Shown: in pieces, positions 52,436 through 64,000 of the stretch
How positions within the stretch are numbered: position 1 is the first letter of the stretch
Layout: every line of letters begins with the position of its first letter
Translations under genes and position numbers: made by a program
NCBI RefSeq assembly: GCF_006345805.1
Contig: NC_042998.1
Location: 22,506,001-22,570,000, forward strand
Origin: Octopus sinensis
Taxonomy: Eukaryota
Direction of reading: 5' to 3'
Length of the DNA stretch: 64,000 bases
The notes under the pieces: model-generated
Told to the model about the DNA's origin: nothing
What the model saw: only the letters and a program-made list of their open reading frames with translations
Databases searched by the model: none

Positions 52436-52645
52436 AGATGTTCGAGTATTTTTTTTTTAAATGTTACAGTATTTTTTAAAAGTTCGTAAGGATATAGAAA
52501 GGCTTTGTGAAGCGGAAAAAGTTGTAAAGTAAGACATTTGTGCGAATGAAAATAGAATTTAAAATATTTGTTAGAATAAAATAAAACGAGGGCTCAAACT
52601 TCGGGTTAAATCTGGTTAACTATAAGACAGTTGGATTGCTGATAA

Positions 52646-53030
52646 TCTCTCTCTATATAAACGGCAGTTTGTCTGTGCGTGTTTCTGTGTGTCTGTTTGC
52701 TTGTACCCTCACCCTGACCACGGCTTTCAACCGATTCTGATGAAACTTGACACACACATAGCCCAATGTCATAATTCAAAACTAACGCAGCGAAAATTTT
52801 GAAAAGTTCCCCCAGTTCTGAAAAAAATCGATAAATTCGACATGGGGTCGACAATGAGAAACACAAACCACAAACTGTCTAGGGGACGCAACTCCACCTT
52901 TTTTAAATCTCAAAAAGAAATTTACCATCATTTTTTTCCATTTTTTTGCTATTTTTTGGCTATAACTCTCTAAAAATGCTTTATAGTTATTTCCCTTACA
53001 AACCTGAGCAACGCCGGGCGATACTGCTAG
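52646..53030 (+). mobile_element. Non-autonomous Helitron (mosaic)
   Basis: TC...hairpin-CTAG; the paralogous empty site GATAA|TTAAA at about 54578-54587 shows A|T insertion with no TSD. Confidence 0.92.
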
Positions 53031-53049
53031 TTAAAGATATTATCGATCC

Positions 53050-53285
53050 CGAGGCGGCGAACTGGCAGAAACGTTAGCACGCCGGGCGAAACGCGTAGCC
53101 GTATTTCGTCTACCGTTACGTTCTAAGTTCAAATTCCGCCGAGGTCGACTTTGCTTTTCATCCTTTCGGGGTCGATTAATTAAGTAGCAGTTACGCACTG
53201 GGGTCGATGTAATCGACTTAATCCCTTTGTCTGTCCTTGTTTGTCCCATCTGTGTTTAGCCCCTTGTGGGTAGTAAAGAAATAGG
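53050..53285 (+). mobile_element. SINE family A
   Basis: 12-bp TSD TATTATCGATCC at 53038-53049 and 53286-53297. Confidence 0.92.
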
Positions 53286-53801
53286 TATTATCGATCCTGA
53301 ACTAGGAGTAGTCGAGTATGAAAGTTTTAGACAGGATTTATTATAGATAGAACGGTATTCATGGTCCATGGGGCCATAAATTTAGGATCGATAATCGCAG
53401 GGAACAATAGATTTAAGCATGGGAATAACGGGAATATGAGTAGCCCCTGTACGAGTAGGATTAATAATAACATAAAGAACGCACATGGATGAACAACCGA
53501 AATGAAGCCTGCAATTGTCGGAACCGCAATTTGTGTTCATTATGGAGTTCCAGTCTAAGGAAATACGTGGTATACAAGACTGAGGTCTTAACTGCCAATC
53601 AAGCTAAGAAAGTATACATAGGAAGTACCACAGATTTCAAAACTAGAGAGGACACATCAGCTCATTCTTGAACTCAAGAACAAAAATGCAACAGAGCTGG
53701 CTACATATATTAACAAAGTAAAAATACGAGATAAGGAATTTAGATTAGACTGGTCGATCATAATGGAAACCAACCCATATAAAACGTATGCTGGAAGGTG
53801 T

Positions 53802-54187
53802 GGAAGCACTCCGTCGGTTACGACGATGAGGGTTCCGGTTGATCCGAATCAACGGAACAGCCTGCTCGTGAAATTAACGTGTAAGTGGCTGAGCACTCCA
53901 CAGACACGTGCACCCTTAACGTAGTTCTCGGGGATATTCAGCGTGACACAGAGAGTGACAAGGCCCGCCCCTTGAAATACAGATACAACAGAAACAGGAA
54001 GTAAGAGTGAGAGAAAGTTGTGGTGAAAGAGTACAGCAGGGATCACCACCATCCCCTGCCGGAGCCTCGTGGAACTTTTAGGTGTTTTCACTCAATAAAC
54101 ACTCACAACGCCCGGTCTGGGAATCGAAACCGCGATCCTACGACCGCGAGTCCGCTGCCCTAACCATTGGGCCATTGCGCCTCCACA
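53802..54187 (-). mobile_element. SINE family B with tail B, inserted in the GIY-YIG frame
   Basis: 11-bp TSD CTGGAAGGTGT at 53791-53801 and 54188-54198; removal restores YAGRCNLC. Confidence 0.93.
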
Positions 54188-55104
54188 CTGGAAGGTGTAA
54201 CTTATGTACGAAGGAAGGAATTAGTATACTTCGTACAGACAAGAAAATTTTAATTAATAAAATATCGGACGTTATAATTGCATGTAGGTATAAATATTTA
54301 GCTACATTTAAGTTTTTTAAAAAGTAGAAAGGATAGAATTCGATCCTATGACCGCCGACTTTATAAAATAACTTTATAAAATAATGGTTTCTTCCACTTT
54401 GGTTAGATTTGATCAACTTAAAGTTTAGGCGTTAGATTCTTTATAGTTTGGCATCTTAGTAATTCACGGGTTTAGTGTCGAATTCGAACCTATTAACCTT
54501 CTATTTGTAAGAATAAAATAAAACGAGGGCTCAAATTTCGGGTTAAACCTGGTTAACTATAAAACAGTTGGATTGCCGATAATTAAAAATATCATTGATC
54601 CTAAACTTAGACTCTTCCGACAATGAGAGTAACTGGTGGAGAGATTCGCGGAGGGGGGTGGGGGGGTAAACATGAACTGGTTATGTGTCCCAGTATGTCT
54701 TTGTGTTGTCCCCTTGTGGACAATAAAGAAACCGGGGTTAACTGGATTTAAAAAGAAGTGATGTTGCTGAGGTGAGGTAGGTGGTACATTTTCATTTTAT
54801 CATTTTTCATTGTCGTTCATATTATTATATTTTTAATTTTTTAATTGTTATATGTCCCAGCATGTCTTGTATTGTCCCGTCTGTGTGAGCCCCTTGTACG
54901 TAATAAAAAAAAATCATAATACCTTTAATTATCAGCAATCTAACTGTCTTAAGATTGTTAATAAGGTTTAACCCGAAATTTTAAAAATGTTGTGTTATCC
55001 TTTGATGGTTCTCCCTAGCGGGGTGCCTGTTGATTATTTGAATTGTAAGATTGTTTTGCTTTTGTTTTGTGGTCTTTCTCTCCTAGAAGGGGGGGGGGGC
55101 AGCT

Positions 55105-55545
55105 GCAATGGAGAAAGAGTAAGCGCGTGCTTGCAGCCACATAGCAGTAGCAAATCGTGAAAGTGTTGCAGAGGCTGTAAGGCAGCTCGAAGTAACGGTA
55201 GTGGCTGTGGACTTGGCAGTGGAGAACAGCCGGAATTTATTCAGGACAGAGGGTGCAAAGTTAAAACTGATGCCACCAACGGAGGCGACAACAAACAAGG
55301 AACTGACGACAGTGGTGTACAAAACCCTGTCACTACTAACTAGGAAGAAAGAAATGGCGAGAGAAGTTGAAGAATGCCTGAATAATTTGAGCGATAAAAT
55401 CGAATTTTCCCGTAGAGGCAGGAAATTCGGAACGGTGGAGGAAGCAGTAATGCGCTCCACTAAAGCCTTGAAGTCGGAGAAGTGGGCACTGGTGCCAACT
55501 TATCTTGGAAAGAGAGTAACAAGAATAAGAACTACGACGTCTGTA
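55105..55545 (+). pseudogene. Possible LINE ORF1 N-terminal remnant (L1/Tx1-like; unconfirmed)
   Basis: About 145 codons with one stop (MEKE*ARACSHIAVAN...EKWALVPTYLGKRVTRIR), purine-rich and non-repetitive, truncated by the R4-like element; family assignment is inference only. Confidence 0.35.
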
Positions 55546-57400
55546 GAACAGATAACCATCACATCCTGTTTAAGTGTCATCTAAAAATTGCTTTGGTTGA
55601 TAGTTCCTGTTCCTGGATTGCAAACGCAAACTTTTCAAAGTGGAAGATAATAATCCGGCTATTCGTCCGTGATAAACTATTCTGATGATCGTTGTTACTA
55701 TCATCCCGGAGGTTTCTACTAAAATATTCATGCATAGTCATCTGCTCATATAGGCTCATCCTTTCATCATATGATACATTGAGGTAGTAGTGCGACTTCT
55801 TTGGCATAGATTCTAGGTAATCAGGCTGTTGCTCAAGGAGCTGTTTTCCAAGTCTTATGATGTTATCAGCTTCATGTATGCAAACTTGGTCAAGGGATGC
55901 ATTTCGACGCTTGATGGTTAAAAGATGTTGCCGGGGGGGGGGGTTATCATAAAACATTCAAAGGCATTTTGGATTGATGTTAAGCCTCTGCCCCCTTGTT
56001 TACGTTTTAGGTAGAGGTGGTCTACATCACTTTATGTGGAAATTCCGTGTGCTTGTTAGTATTTTTCGAGTTTTCACATCAATAGCTCGGATCTCATCAT
56101 GCGTCCAATCAAGCATCCCAAATGCTGGTATGAGTACTGGCACTCCAAACACATTGTGGGCCACTGTTTTATTGAACACAGAGAGTTCTGAGGTCCAAAT
56201 TTTCTTTATTCGGCTGTAATATTCTTCAGTGACACCTGTTTCGTTACAGCTTCCATGATATTTATCGCTCCTCCTCCCACGTCACTGTATATTGCTGCCT
56301 GGTTGCAGTTAATTCTTTATTTTTGCTTATTGTTCTCTCTCGGTTATTCTCTTCTGATGTCGGAGTTTTTCACTGACAGCTTTTAGCTACTGCTTTAGGG
56401 TAATCAGTTTGCAAGTGAGTGTCCCCTCTTTGCTGTCTCCTTTACTTTCTGTTGGTGTGACGTATCATTATTTGCTTCTTTGCATGCAATAAGCATCATT
56501 ACATGACTGATGGTCTTCCATAAACCAATTATCTTTTGTTTTTCTGTCTTCAAATCCCATGATGATATTTTCTTTGTTATTTCGGTTTTGTTTACTTTTT
56601 GCATCTCATTCATGTACTATTTTACAGCAGTATCCTGAGCGTATATACAGGCGTTAATCTGCCAGAATATGAGTTCATCATACTGTTGTAAATACTCATC
56701 ACCAGTTTCGTTAACAGCTTTTAATACCGCATCTGGTGGTTTTTTACTTACTTTGTTAGAGAATCCTCTCTCCTCGAGAGAGTCTTTCAAAGCCAAAGTT
56801 ATTTTTTTCTCGGAAAATTTCAGAAAAGGCACATTTCATCAGAATATAATCCTGACTACTACTACAATAATAATCGTTGCAGCTGTGCTTCCTATTTATC
56901 ATAGTCGTAATAGGGGGACAGTGGTCAGTTACTTGAGCCAGTAATGTAGTTTGGCTGGCAGGCACTATGGAATCTGTTGGAATGTCGCTAGCTGCGAAAC
57001 CGAGTGGTGGTCTTACATCATTCACGTTTTTGTTTATAGAGTTGGGAAGAACGTTAATTTTCGATTTTTTTAAACAATAAAGTTACAGTTACTAACCTTT
57101 CTATGTTCTACAAATGTTGCTTGTTGGCGTAGTTCCTTCGCAGTAAAATTATTTAATTCTGAATGCAGATTGTCCCAATATGATTTCAGTCGTTTCATAT
57201 AGCCAGCAATGGGGTTTTGTTTCACTTTTTTGCAGCAGTTAATATCATTCAATTCATAACTCAAAGAGAAATGATTTTTTTTTGGTTACAGTTTCTTCTA
57301 TAACTATATCTAGAAAGAATTTGTTTACTTGTTGAGCTGTTGTTTTCGTTCTGTTCCTCGACTGCGTTGTTGTTAATGTTGTGTCCTGCTATTTTTTTTT
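55545..57400 (-). pseudogene. Internally deleted R4/Dong-like non-LTR retrotransposon
   Basis: GYMKRLKSYWD...ELRQQA (N-terminal region); EEYYSRIKKIWTSELSVFNK...WTHDEIRAIDVKTRKIL...RGRGL (RT thumb); HEYF...FAIQEQELST, homologous to 11345-11480. Confidence 0.8.
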
Positions 57401-57659
57401 TTTGTAGTATCTCCCTGCATGCTAAATTCAAGCTTCAGTCGAAAATCATTACGATCGTGAATAAAAGGCTCCCGCAGTTAATTCATCTGCAGATTGACCA
57501 GTTATATAACAAGGCTGATAGTTGTGGCTCCTAAGTTGGAGATGGTATTCATCGTATTTTCGATAAATAGTCTCCCACGCCAAATATGCGATTTGTCGAG
57601 TGTGTGTGTGTGTGCATGTGTGTGTATACAGAAAGAAAAAAATGTACGTATGTATACCT

Positions 57660-58035
57660 ATAACGTTTTACTTGTCTGTCACTTGACTACGACCGTGCTG
57701 GAGCACCACCATGAAGGATTTTAGCCGAATAAATCGATCCCAGAACTTTTTAAAGCCTAATACTTATCATATCGGTCTTGTTTGCCGATTCCCTTAGTTA
57801 CGGGGACGTAAATACACCAACACCGGTTGTCAAACTGCGAATGCAGAGACTGACACACGCACACATACATATACACGTCTATATAGTCGACGGGCTTCTT
57901 TCAGTTTCCGTCTACCAAACGCACTCACAAGGCTTTGGTTGGCTATAACATAAGACACTTGCCCAAGTCGCCACGCAGTGGGACCGAACCCGGAACCATG
58001 TTGTATAGGAGCAAGCTTCTTATCGTACAGCCACG
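57660..58035 (-). mobile_element. SINE family C (diverged)
   Basis: Tail, short internal microsatellite and head are present. Confidence 0.8.
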
Positions 58036-58289
58036 TATATATATGAAATTTCCAATAATATTACTTGCGCAGAGACGATTGATAAATCTGAAGAAAAAGA
58101 AATAAGAATACAATACATGTTAAATTTCAATCTAAGCTTTCAAATTTCCATATTTTATTTTTGTGATGTTGATATATCGTCTTCATTAATTTTGTAAAGA
58201 GAGTAGAACTAATAAATATTTCATTGTTAGTTTGTTTTAATTTTGTTTTGTATGCAGAATAGACTTTTCAATAATATCACGTTCGCTCG

Positions 58290-58630
58290 CAAGCACACAC
58301 ACACACACACTCAGACACACACACACACTCAGACACACACACACACACACACACACCACACACACACACACACACGCATACACAGACACAAACACACACA
58401 CAAACACACACACAGACACACACACAGACAAACACACACACACACAGAGACACACACACAGACACACACACAGACACACACACAGAGACACACACACAGG
58501 CACACAGACACACAGACACACACAGACACACAGACACACACACATACAGGCACACACACACATACAGACACACACACACATACAGACACGCATTCACACA
58601 GACACACGCATTCACACACACGCATTCACA
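58290..58630. repeat. (CA)n / CACACAGA compound microsatellite
   Basis: Direct reading. Confidence 0.95.
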
Positions 58631-59168
58631 CACATCTGTATATAGAAATGTCAAAGCTATCCATTTCCGAAGTTGCTGTTAATGCTTTGACTTTTCTGTA
58701 TTTCATTTTTTTTACAACCGTAAACAGACAGTTACGTCTTCCTCAATATCGGTGCGGGAGATATTATGTTATGAATAGCAATATGGAAAAATAAGGAGAA
58801 TATAACGATGGCAACACCTGAAAAGAAAAGCGGTACGAACGAAAGGGAGTGTGTCTATCATAGCTTACAATTCCTGGGAAGGTATTCAAGGGGGAAAAAA
58901 AGTGAAAATTTAACAGAAGAGGAATGACTAATGCAAAGGTGAATGAAATTATAGATCAAAAAACCATAAAGGTGAAAAAATAGGCAAAATTAGGATAGGC
59001 ACTGAAAAGGAACTGCAAAGAGGATAAAAGACTTCAGTCGTTGCTTTAAACAACAAAGAAATCGAGAGAGATTGTTTCCAAACACAAGACGATTGGTGAA
59101 ATTGAAGGAATAAGGATTAGGACACAATATTGGGATGTTAAATGCTGAAAATGTGATAGAAATATCGA

Positions 59169-59738
59169 CTGGGTTGTCCGGAAAGTTCGTGCCGATTTTT
59201 AAAGGAAAGAAAAAGGTCAATAAATACTTGCCATTACATTTTTAATCAACCAAATATGAACCATTTTGTTGTACAATGCTTCTCCATCTTTTAATTTGAA
59301 AATACCCTCTTCCCAGAATTGAGGTCGTTTCATGGCAAAGAATTCATCGAGGTATCTTTTTACGTCATCTAAGGAATTGAAATTTTTATCATTAAGACTA
59401 TTCTGCAGAGACCTGAATAAGTGGAAATCCGAAGGAGCAATATCTGGTGAATATGTAGGGTGGAGGTAAAACATCCCAGCCGAGCTGCAGCAATTTTTGT
59501 CTGGTTCCCAAAGCATCAAGTGCCAAAAATGAACTTTCTTATCTTCCTTTTTACTTACTTTAGGATTACAGAATTAACACAGGTTATAGGAACATAAACC
59601 TTCTTCCACGAAAAGATAGCTTAAACTGTGCTCTAAATGGAGGTTTAGTAAAATCCTATTTTATGGACTCAACCATGTTCTAAAATAAGTCGAAAGGTAA
59701 GCTGCTATAAATCGGCACGAACTTTCCGGACAACCCAA
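59169..59738 (-). mobile_element. Internally deleted mariner element
   Basis: 30-bp TIRs (29/30) TTGGGTTGTCCGGAAAGTTCGTGCCGATTT, TA at the right end; HPTYSPDIAPSDFHLFRSLQNSL. Confidence 0.92.
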
Positions 59739-60539
59739 TAGTTAAAGAACAGGATTTCATGCTGTTGAAAAACATACCCGAAGTCCAATTTGAGCTGTGG
59801 TAAGGGACGGGTGATACTATCGCCAGATTCTGATCCATTCCAAAACGAAGAACTTTTAATTTTAATGCAAATTGTATTAACTTTAGAACTCACATTAAGC
59901 TTCGTAATTCAGGATTTGCTTTTTACATTTCCAGAAGTAGGAACTATCAAAGTGTTCAAATTCAAACAGAAACAGTATCTGTTCTCCTAAAATTGATTTA
60001 ATGTCTCATTGATAAGCTATAAATTTAAGTTGATCTGGAAATCAAAAACCGAGTTTTGCTGAAATATCTTACAGCATATCAACGGGCATGAAGGATTCAA
60101 GTACTTCAACACACCAGACAGACGTATCATAGAATTATTTGAAGCAATGACGTTACAAGATAACTAGTTTGTAACTGTTTTAGGATAATATCGAAGAATA
60201 CATAAATACAGTTAATAGTCACTAATTTCCAATGGATGTTCTTGAAAATAAACAGTTTCATAGATTGAGTGTCCAAAGATACAATCCACCCACTGTAGAA
60301 GAAATCGCAGTAATTACATGCCTTGTTAGTAATTTGGAAACCCTATAGCCGAAACGACTTATTAGGCCACGTAAATGGTGTCTCATAGCAGAGGCTTCAC
60401 TTCAGGCAATAAAATCTATTCATCCAAATTATGACACGAAGCATTTTCCAGTGCCTTTGCCATTTAATGATAGGGAATGGAAAGTTGGTTTAACATGTGA
60501 TGTGGCCACAAAATCTAAAACAAAATCACACAAAATGGC

Positions 60540-60640
60540 TTATTATTATTATTATTATTATTATTATTGTTGTTGTTATTATTATTGTTGTTATTATTAT
60601 TATTGTTATTATTATTATTATTATTATCTTTATTATTACA
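60540..60640. repeat. (TAT/TGT)n microsatellite
   Basis: Direct reading. Confidence 0.95.
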
Positions 60641-61074
60641 CGTGGTATGTGAAATGCTTTCAAATACTTTTACTTGTCCGGTCCTTCAGGCCTCAAAATA
60701 TTACGATGATATTTATTCTAGAATTGAAGGAATTAGACTGTAGTGGATGAGATCTAGCCAAAATCAATTTACCGCTGAATCGTCTCAAGCTATTTATGAT
60801 CACGTGGTTAATGTCGGTTAAATGATAAGTCTTATTGTGTTACTCCTCGATGGATCTTTTATCTTCTACTTGTTGCAGTCATTAGACTGTGGCCATGCTT
60901 GAGTACCGCCTTGAAGAATTATAAATCAACCCCCACTACTTTTTTTTGTTTGTTTTTTTGTTATTGTTTTTGCCGAATCAAGTCTTAAATTACATAGACA
61001 TAAACACCCCAACACGGTTGTCAAGTGTGGAGTGGTGGGGCAAACACAGACACGAGGACACACAGACATATGTC

Positions 61075-61236
61075 ATTATCATTTAACGCCCGTTTTCCAT
61101 GCTCGCATAGGTTGGACGGTTTCATAAGAACTAGCAAGACCAGGGGCCGCACCAGGTTCCAAAGCCTGTTTTGGCTCGGTTTTTACAGCTGGATGCCCTT
61201 CCTAATGCCAACCAGTTAACAGAGTGTACTGGGTAC
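61075..61236 (-). mobile_element. Retroposon 3'-end fragment (RTE-tail-like)
   Basis: Minus strand GTTGGCATTAGGAAGGGCATCCAGCTGTAAAAAC...CATGGAAAACGGGCGTTAAATGAT; recognition from memory only. Confidence 0.5.
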
Positions 61237-61494
61237 TTATATATATATATATATATATATATTATATTATATTTATTATTATATTAAATTAGAGATAAAA
61301 CCACTATTAGGCAAATCAAACAATGAAAAACTTAAGCCAATACATAAAATTAATTAATTTATATTATTCTAAATATATATCAAAATTATTAAAAGTTTAA
61401 TAAAAGATAATGAGTAAAACACTACGATCGTTTCATGGCTGTCCAATTCGTAATAATTCGAGTTATGGTTACAGTCAATCTTCAGGTAATATAT

Positions 61495-61906
61495 GTATAT
61501 GATGGGTTTCTTTCAGTTTCCGTCTACCAAATCCACTCACAAGGCTTTGCTAGAACCGAGGCTATAGTAGAAGACACTTGCCCAAGTTTCTATGCAGTGG
61601 GACTGATTCCAGAACCATGTAGCCGGGAAGCAAACTTCTCGCCACACAGTTACTCTTTACTCTTTTACTTGTTTCAGTCATTTGACTGCAGCCATGCTGG
61701 AGCATCGCCTTTAATCGAGCAAATCGACCCCGGGACTTATTCTTTGTAAGCCCAGTACTTATTCTATCAGTCTCTTTTGCCGAACCGCTAAGTGACGGGG
61801 ACATAAACACACCAGCATCGGTTGTCAAGCGATGTTGAGGGGACAAACACAGACACACAAACACACACACACCAGCATCGGTTGTCAAGCAATGCTAGGG
61901 GGACAA

Positions 61907-61975
<69 letters not shown>
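61495..61975 (-). mobile_element. SINE C fragments (head at 61495-61630; tail at 61650-61915 with an internal duplication of about 45 bp)
   Basis: CACACCAGCATCGGTTGTCAAGC-ATG repeated twice. Confidence 0.82.
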
Positions 61976-62349
61976 GCAATTAAGGACAACTACTTAATAA
62001 GGAAAACTTAACAAGAAATTGTCAGGTAGATAGCGTAAAAACCTCATAAGAAAAAATTTCGAAAATAATTATTTCTTATTGAACATATTAATTTATATAT
62101 AGAGGGCATTATACATACATGCCAGGAGGCATTCTACATACACGCCATACGCTAAGAGGGACAATCAGTCATTTCTACCAAAAATATTACTAATCCCACC
62201 GAATGCAATTTTTCAAAGAAAGACATTTAAAAATATATAGACCTGTATCACAGTGATTTCATACTTACGTAATCATCAGCAGGCCTGAATATACTATAAA
62301 TAAACAACGACCCTGCTTCGCTTAAGCCGATCAGCTAACTGATCAACAA

Positions 62350-64000
62350 TTTCTTTATTACAATTATAAAAATTAATACATAGAAAGGACGAATACAGGA
62401 CATACATACATACAAGAAAATTTAAGAGAATCGATTAAAAAAAGTTTCGTTTGTATTCGTTATAAGTAATAGTTTTTTCGTAACTAGTGTTACAAACACT
62501 TGTAGCTGACCTTTGTGATTATACTCGAGCTTTCACACCCCGGCAATTGTTGAGGCCCTGCAGCTTCCACTTCCTCTCTCTCCTCCATGGTCAAGCTGGC
62601 CTTCTCGTACCCACCTTTCTTTCCACTTCCTTCCATCTATTCGCATACACTCCCCGCGGCAGGGTCCTCCTCTCCAGTCCCATCTTGCTTCTCAGATGAT
62701 ATCTGAAGTAGGTGAGCAAGCCGGGCCCGGAGACAAATGACCCTGTCGCGGTTCCTTCCATTCTCGTTCTCCACATGCATTCCTTTACCACTGCAACCGT
62801 GCAGTGAAAACATGCCTCACCTTCCTTCGAGAGTCCAGTTGGCGGTATCATCTTAATCATAGACTCAGCCGACAGCTGTACTCGTCCCAGATGCGATAAC
62901 ACGTGTTCTGCGTAACTTATCAAGTCGTTCAACTTCCGACAATGAAAAAAAGCGTGCTGAACGGTTTCATCGTCCAGCCCGCATCTTTGACACGTCGGTG
63001 GCACTGGAACTCCGTGCCGTGATAACTTTTCGCGAACAGGTAAAGCATTCCTGTAGCACTGCCAAGCCAGGGATCTTTGGAAATTATCCAAATACCCCGA
63101 CCTGAACGTTTTCTTAAACAGATTGGCAAGCTGGTTTTCATCAAACCCCAGAGCCCCTCCTAGGACGTCATCGTTTTTACCTTCTACAGCCCTCTATAAA
63201 ATACCGAGGTGGTATTTCCGCAGCCGGCCTGCCCGCCTTGTGGATCAGCGTGAGTGCCTGTCGGCACTCCTTTTGCCATGGAGTCAGATTGCATCTTCTG
63301 ATGTAACCGGGTTTAAAATTAACTAAGGAGGCCGGTCTCGGAAAAAATCCCTCTGCCAACGGACTCCACACCTTATCACCTTCCAGGTGGTGCCAGAGAT
63401 GTCTTAGTCTCAACGCATGTCTGCGCATCATTAACCAAGGCATCCCTAACCCACCCTTTAACGTTCTTGACAGCACACGGAGCGTCTCACAAGTGGCTTT
63501 CCTCCTTTCCACAAAAAGCGGAAGAGGGCTCGTTCCAACTTGTTAAGCCATGAGTCGGGGCAAGGGACGACGGTCAGGCGGTAGGTGATTACGGATGCAA
63601 TAAACATCTGCGCCACCTCCGCCCTTCCTTTCAAGGACAGAGACCTTCCGGACCAGGTCCGTATTATGGCCTCCACCTTGCCCGTCACCTCGCTCCAGTT
63701 CTTCTCCGTTTGGGAGTCCGGTCCAAACCAGACTCCCAGCAACTTAACAGGGCCATCCGTCCAGTGTCCCACAACACTGGACAATATCGGCTTGTTCCTC
63801 CAGGTGCCGAGGCGCAAGCCGACCGATTTGTCCCTGTTAACCTTTGCTCCTGCCACCGCCTCGTATCCTCTGATAGCCTCCTCTACACCAGGTAGTTGGG
63901 CCTCCTTGGACACGATGAGGGTGATGTCATCCGCATAGGCAGTGACCGACCTCCCACCTCCGATTCCATCTGAGTTACTCCCCAGCCTCTCCAACCTTCG
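62350..64000 (-). pseudogene. L1/Tx1-clade LINE, 3' part of ORF2 and 3' UTR (continues beyond the window)
   Basis: YADDIT RT motif, GAKVNRDKS, LGVWFG, SLKGR, FLWKG, GGLGMP, zf-RVT CQRC...HAFFHC across three ORFs joined by 2 frameshifts; AATAAA on the minus strand at 62354-62359. Confidence 0.93.

Larger units (their letters stand above)
52565..54606 (+). pseudogene. Penelope-like GIY-YIG endonuclease relic between direct repeats, with three nested insertions
   Basis: CNCR...VVYKTEV...VYIGST...KNKNATELATYI...DWSII...PY...GRCNLC...LINK...CRYK; about 105-bp direct repeats at 52565-53305 (interrupted) and 54502-54606. Confidence 0.82.

Noticed and set aside
52735-52750. CTGATGAAAC inside the Helitron (also CTGATGA at about 39392, 41782 and 42227)
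   Set aside because: No helix II / GAAA / helix I arrangement.

Overview
Repeat-saturated, AT-rich animal DNA, intergenic or intronic, with one 100-N assembly gap. The repeat complement is most consistent with an octopod cephalopod genome (inference; no database search was run). I cannot support any host protein-coding exon, rRNA, true tRNA gene or CRISPR array. Most ORFs in the track are microsatellite or antisense-SINE artefacts. The window contains about 50 copies or fragments of tRNA-headed SINEs built from shared modules, which I label A, A', B, C, F and G with tails B, H and J. It also has four non-autonomous Helitrons, several Tc1/mariner relics and MITEs, hAT-type and long-TIR MITEs, R4/Dong-like, RTE-like and L1/Tx1-like LINE remnants, Penelope-like element (PLE) relics and kb-scale (TA)n arrays. 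The main observation is nine minimal type-I hammerhead-ribozyme-like motifs with compensatory helix I and II changes. Most sit in short PLE-terminal-repeat-like modules that abut (TA)n tracts. One has a canonical CUGANGA core inside a 54-bp inverted repeat, and several have non-canonical cores (CCGAYGA, CUGUMGA). Other notable features are combinatorial SINE module shuffling, head-to-tail SINE concatemers with recurrent junctions, a SINE whose internal microsatellite has grown to 1.7 kb, and several resolvable nested insertions. Family labels are my own; clade names rest on motif recognition only.
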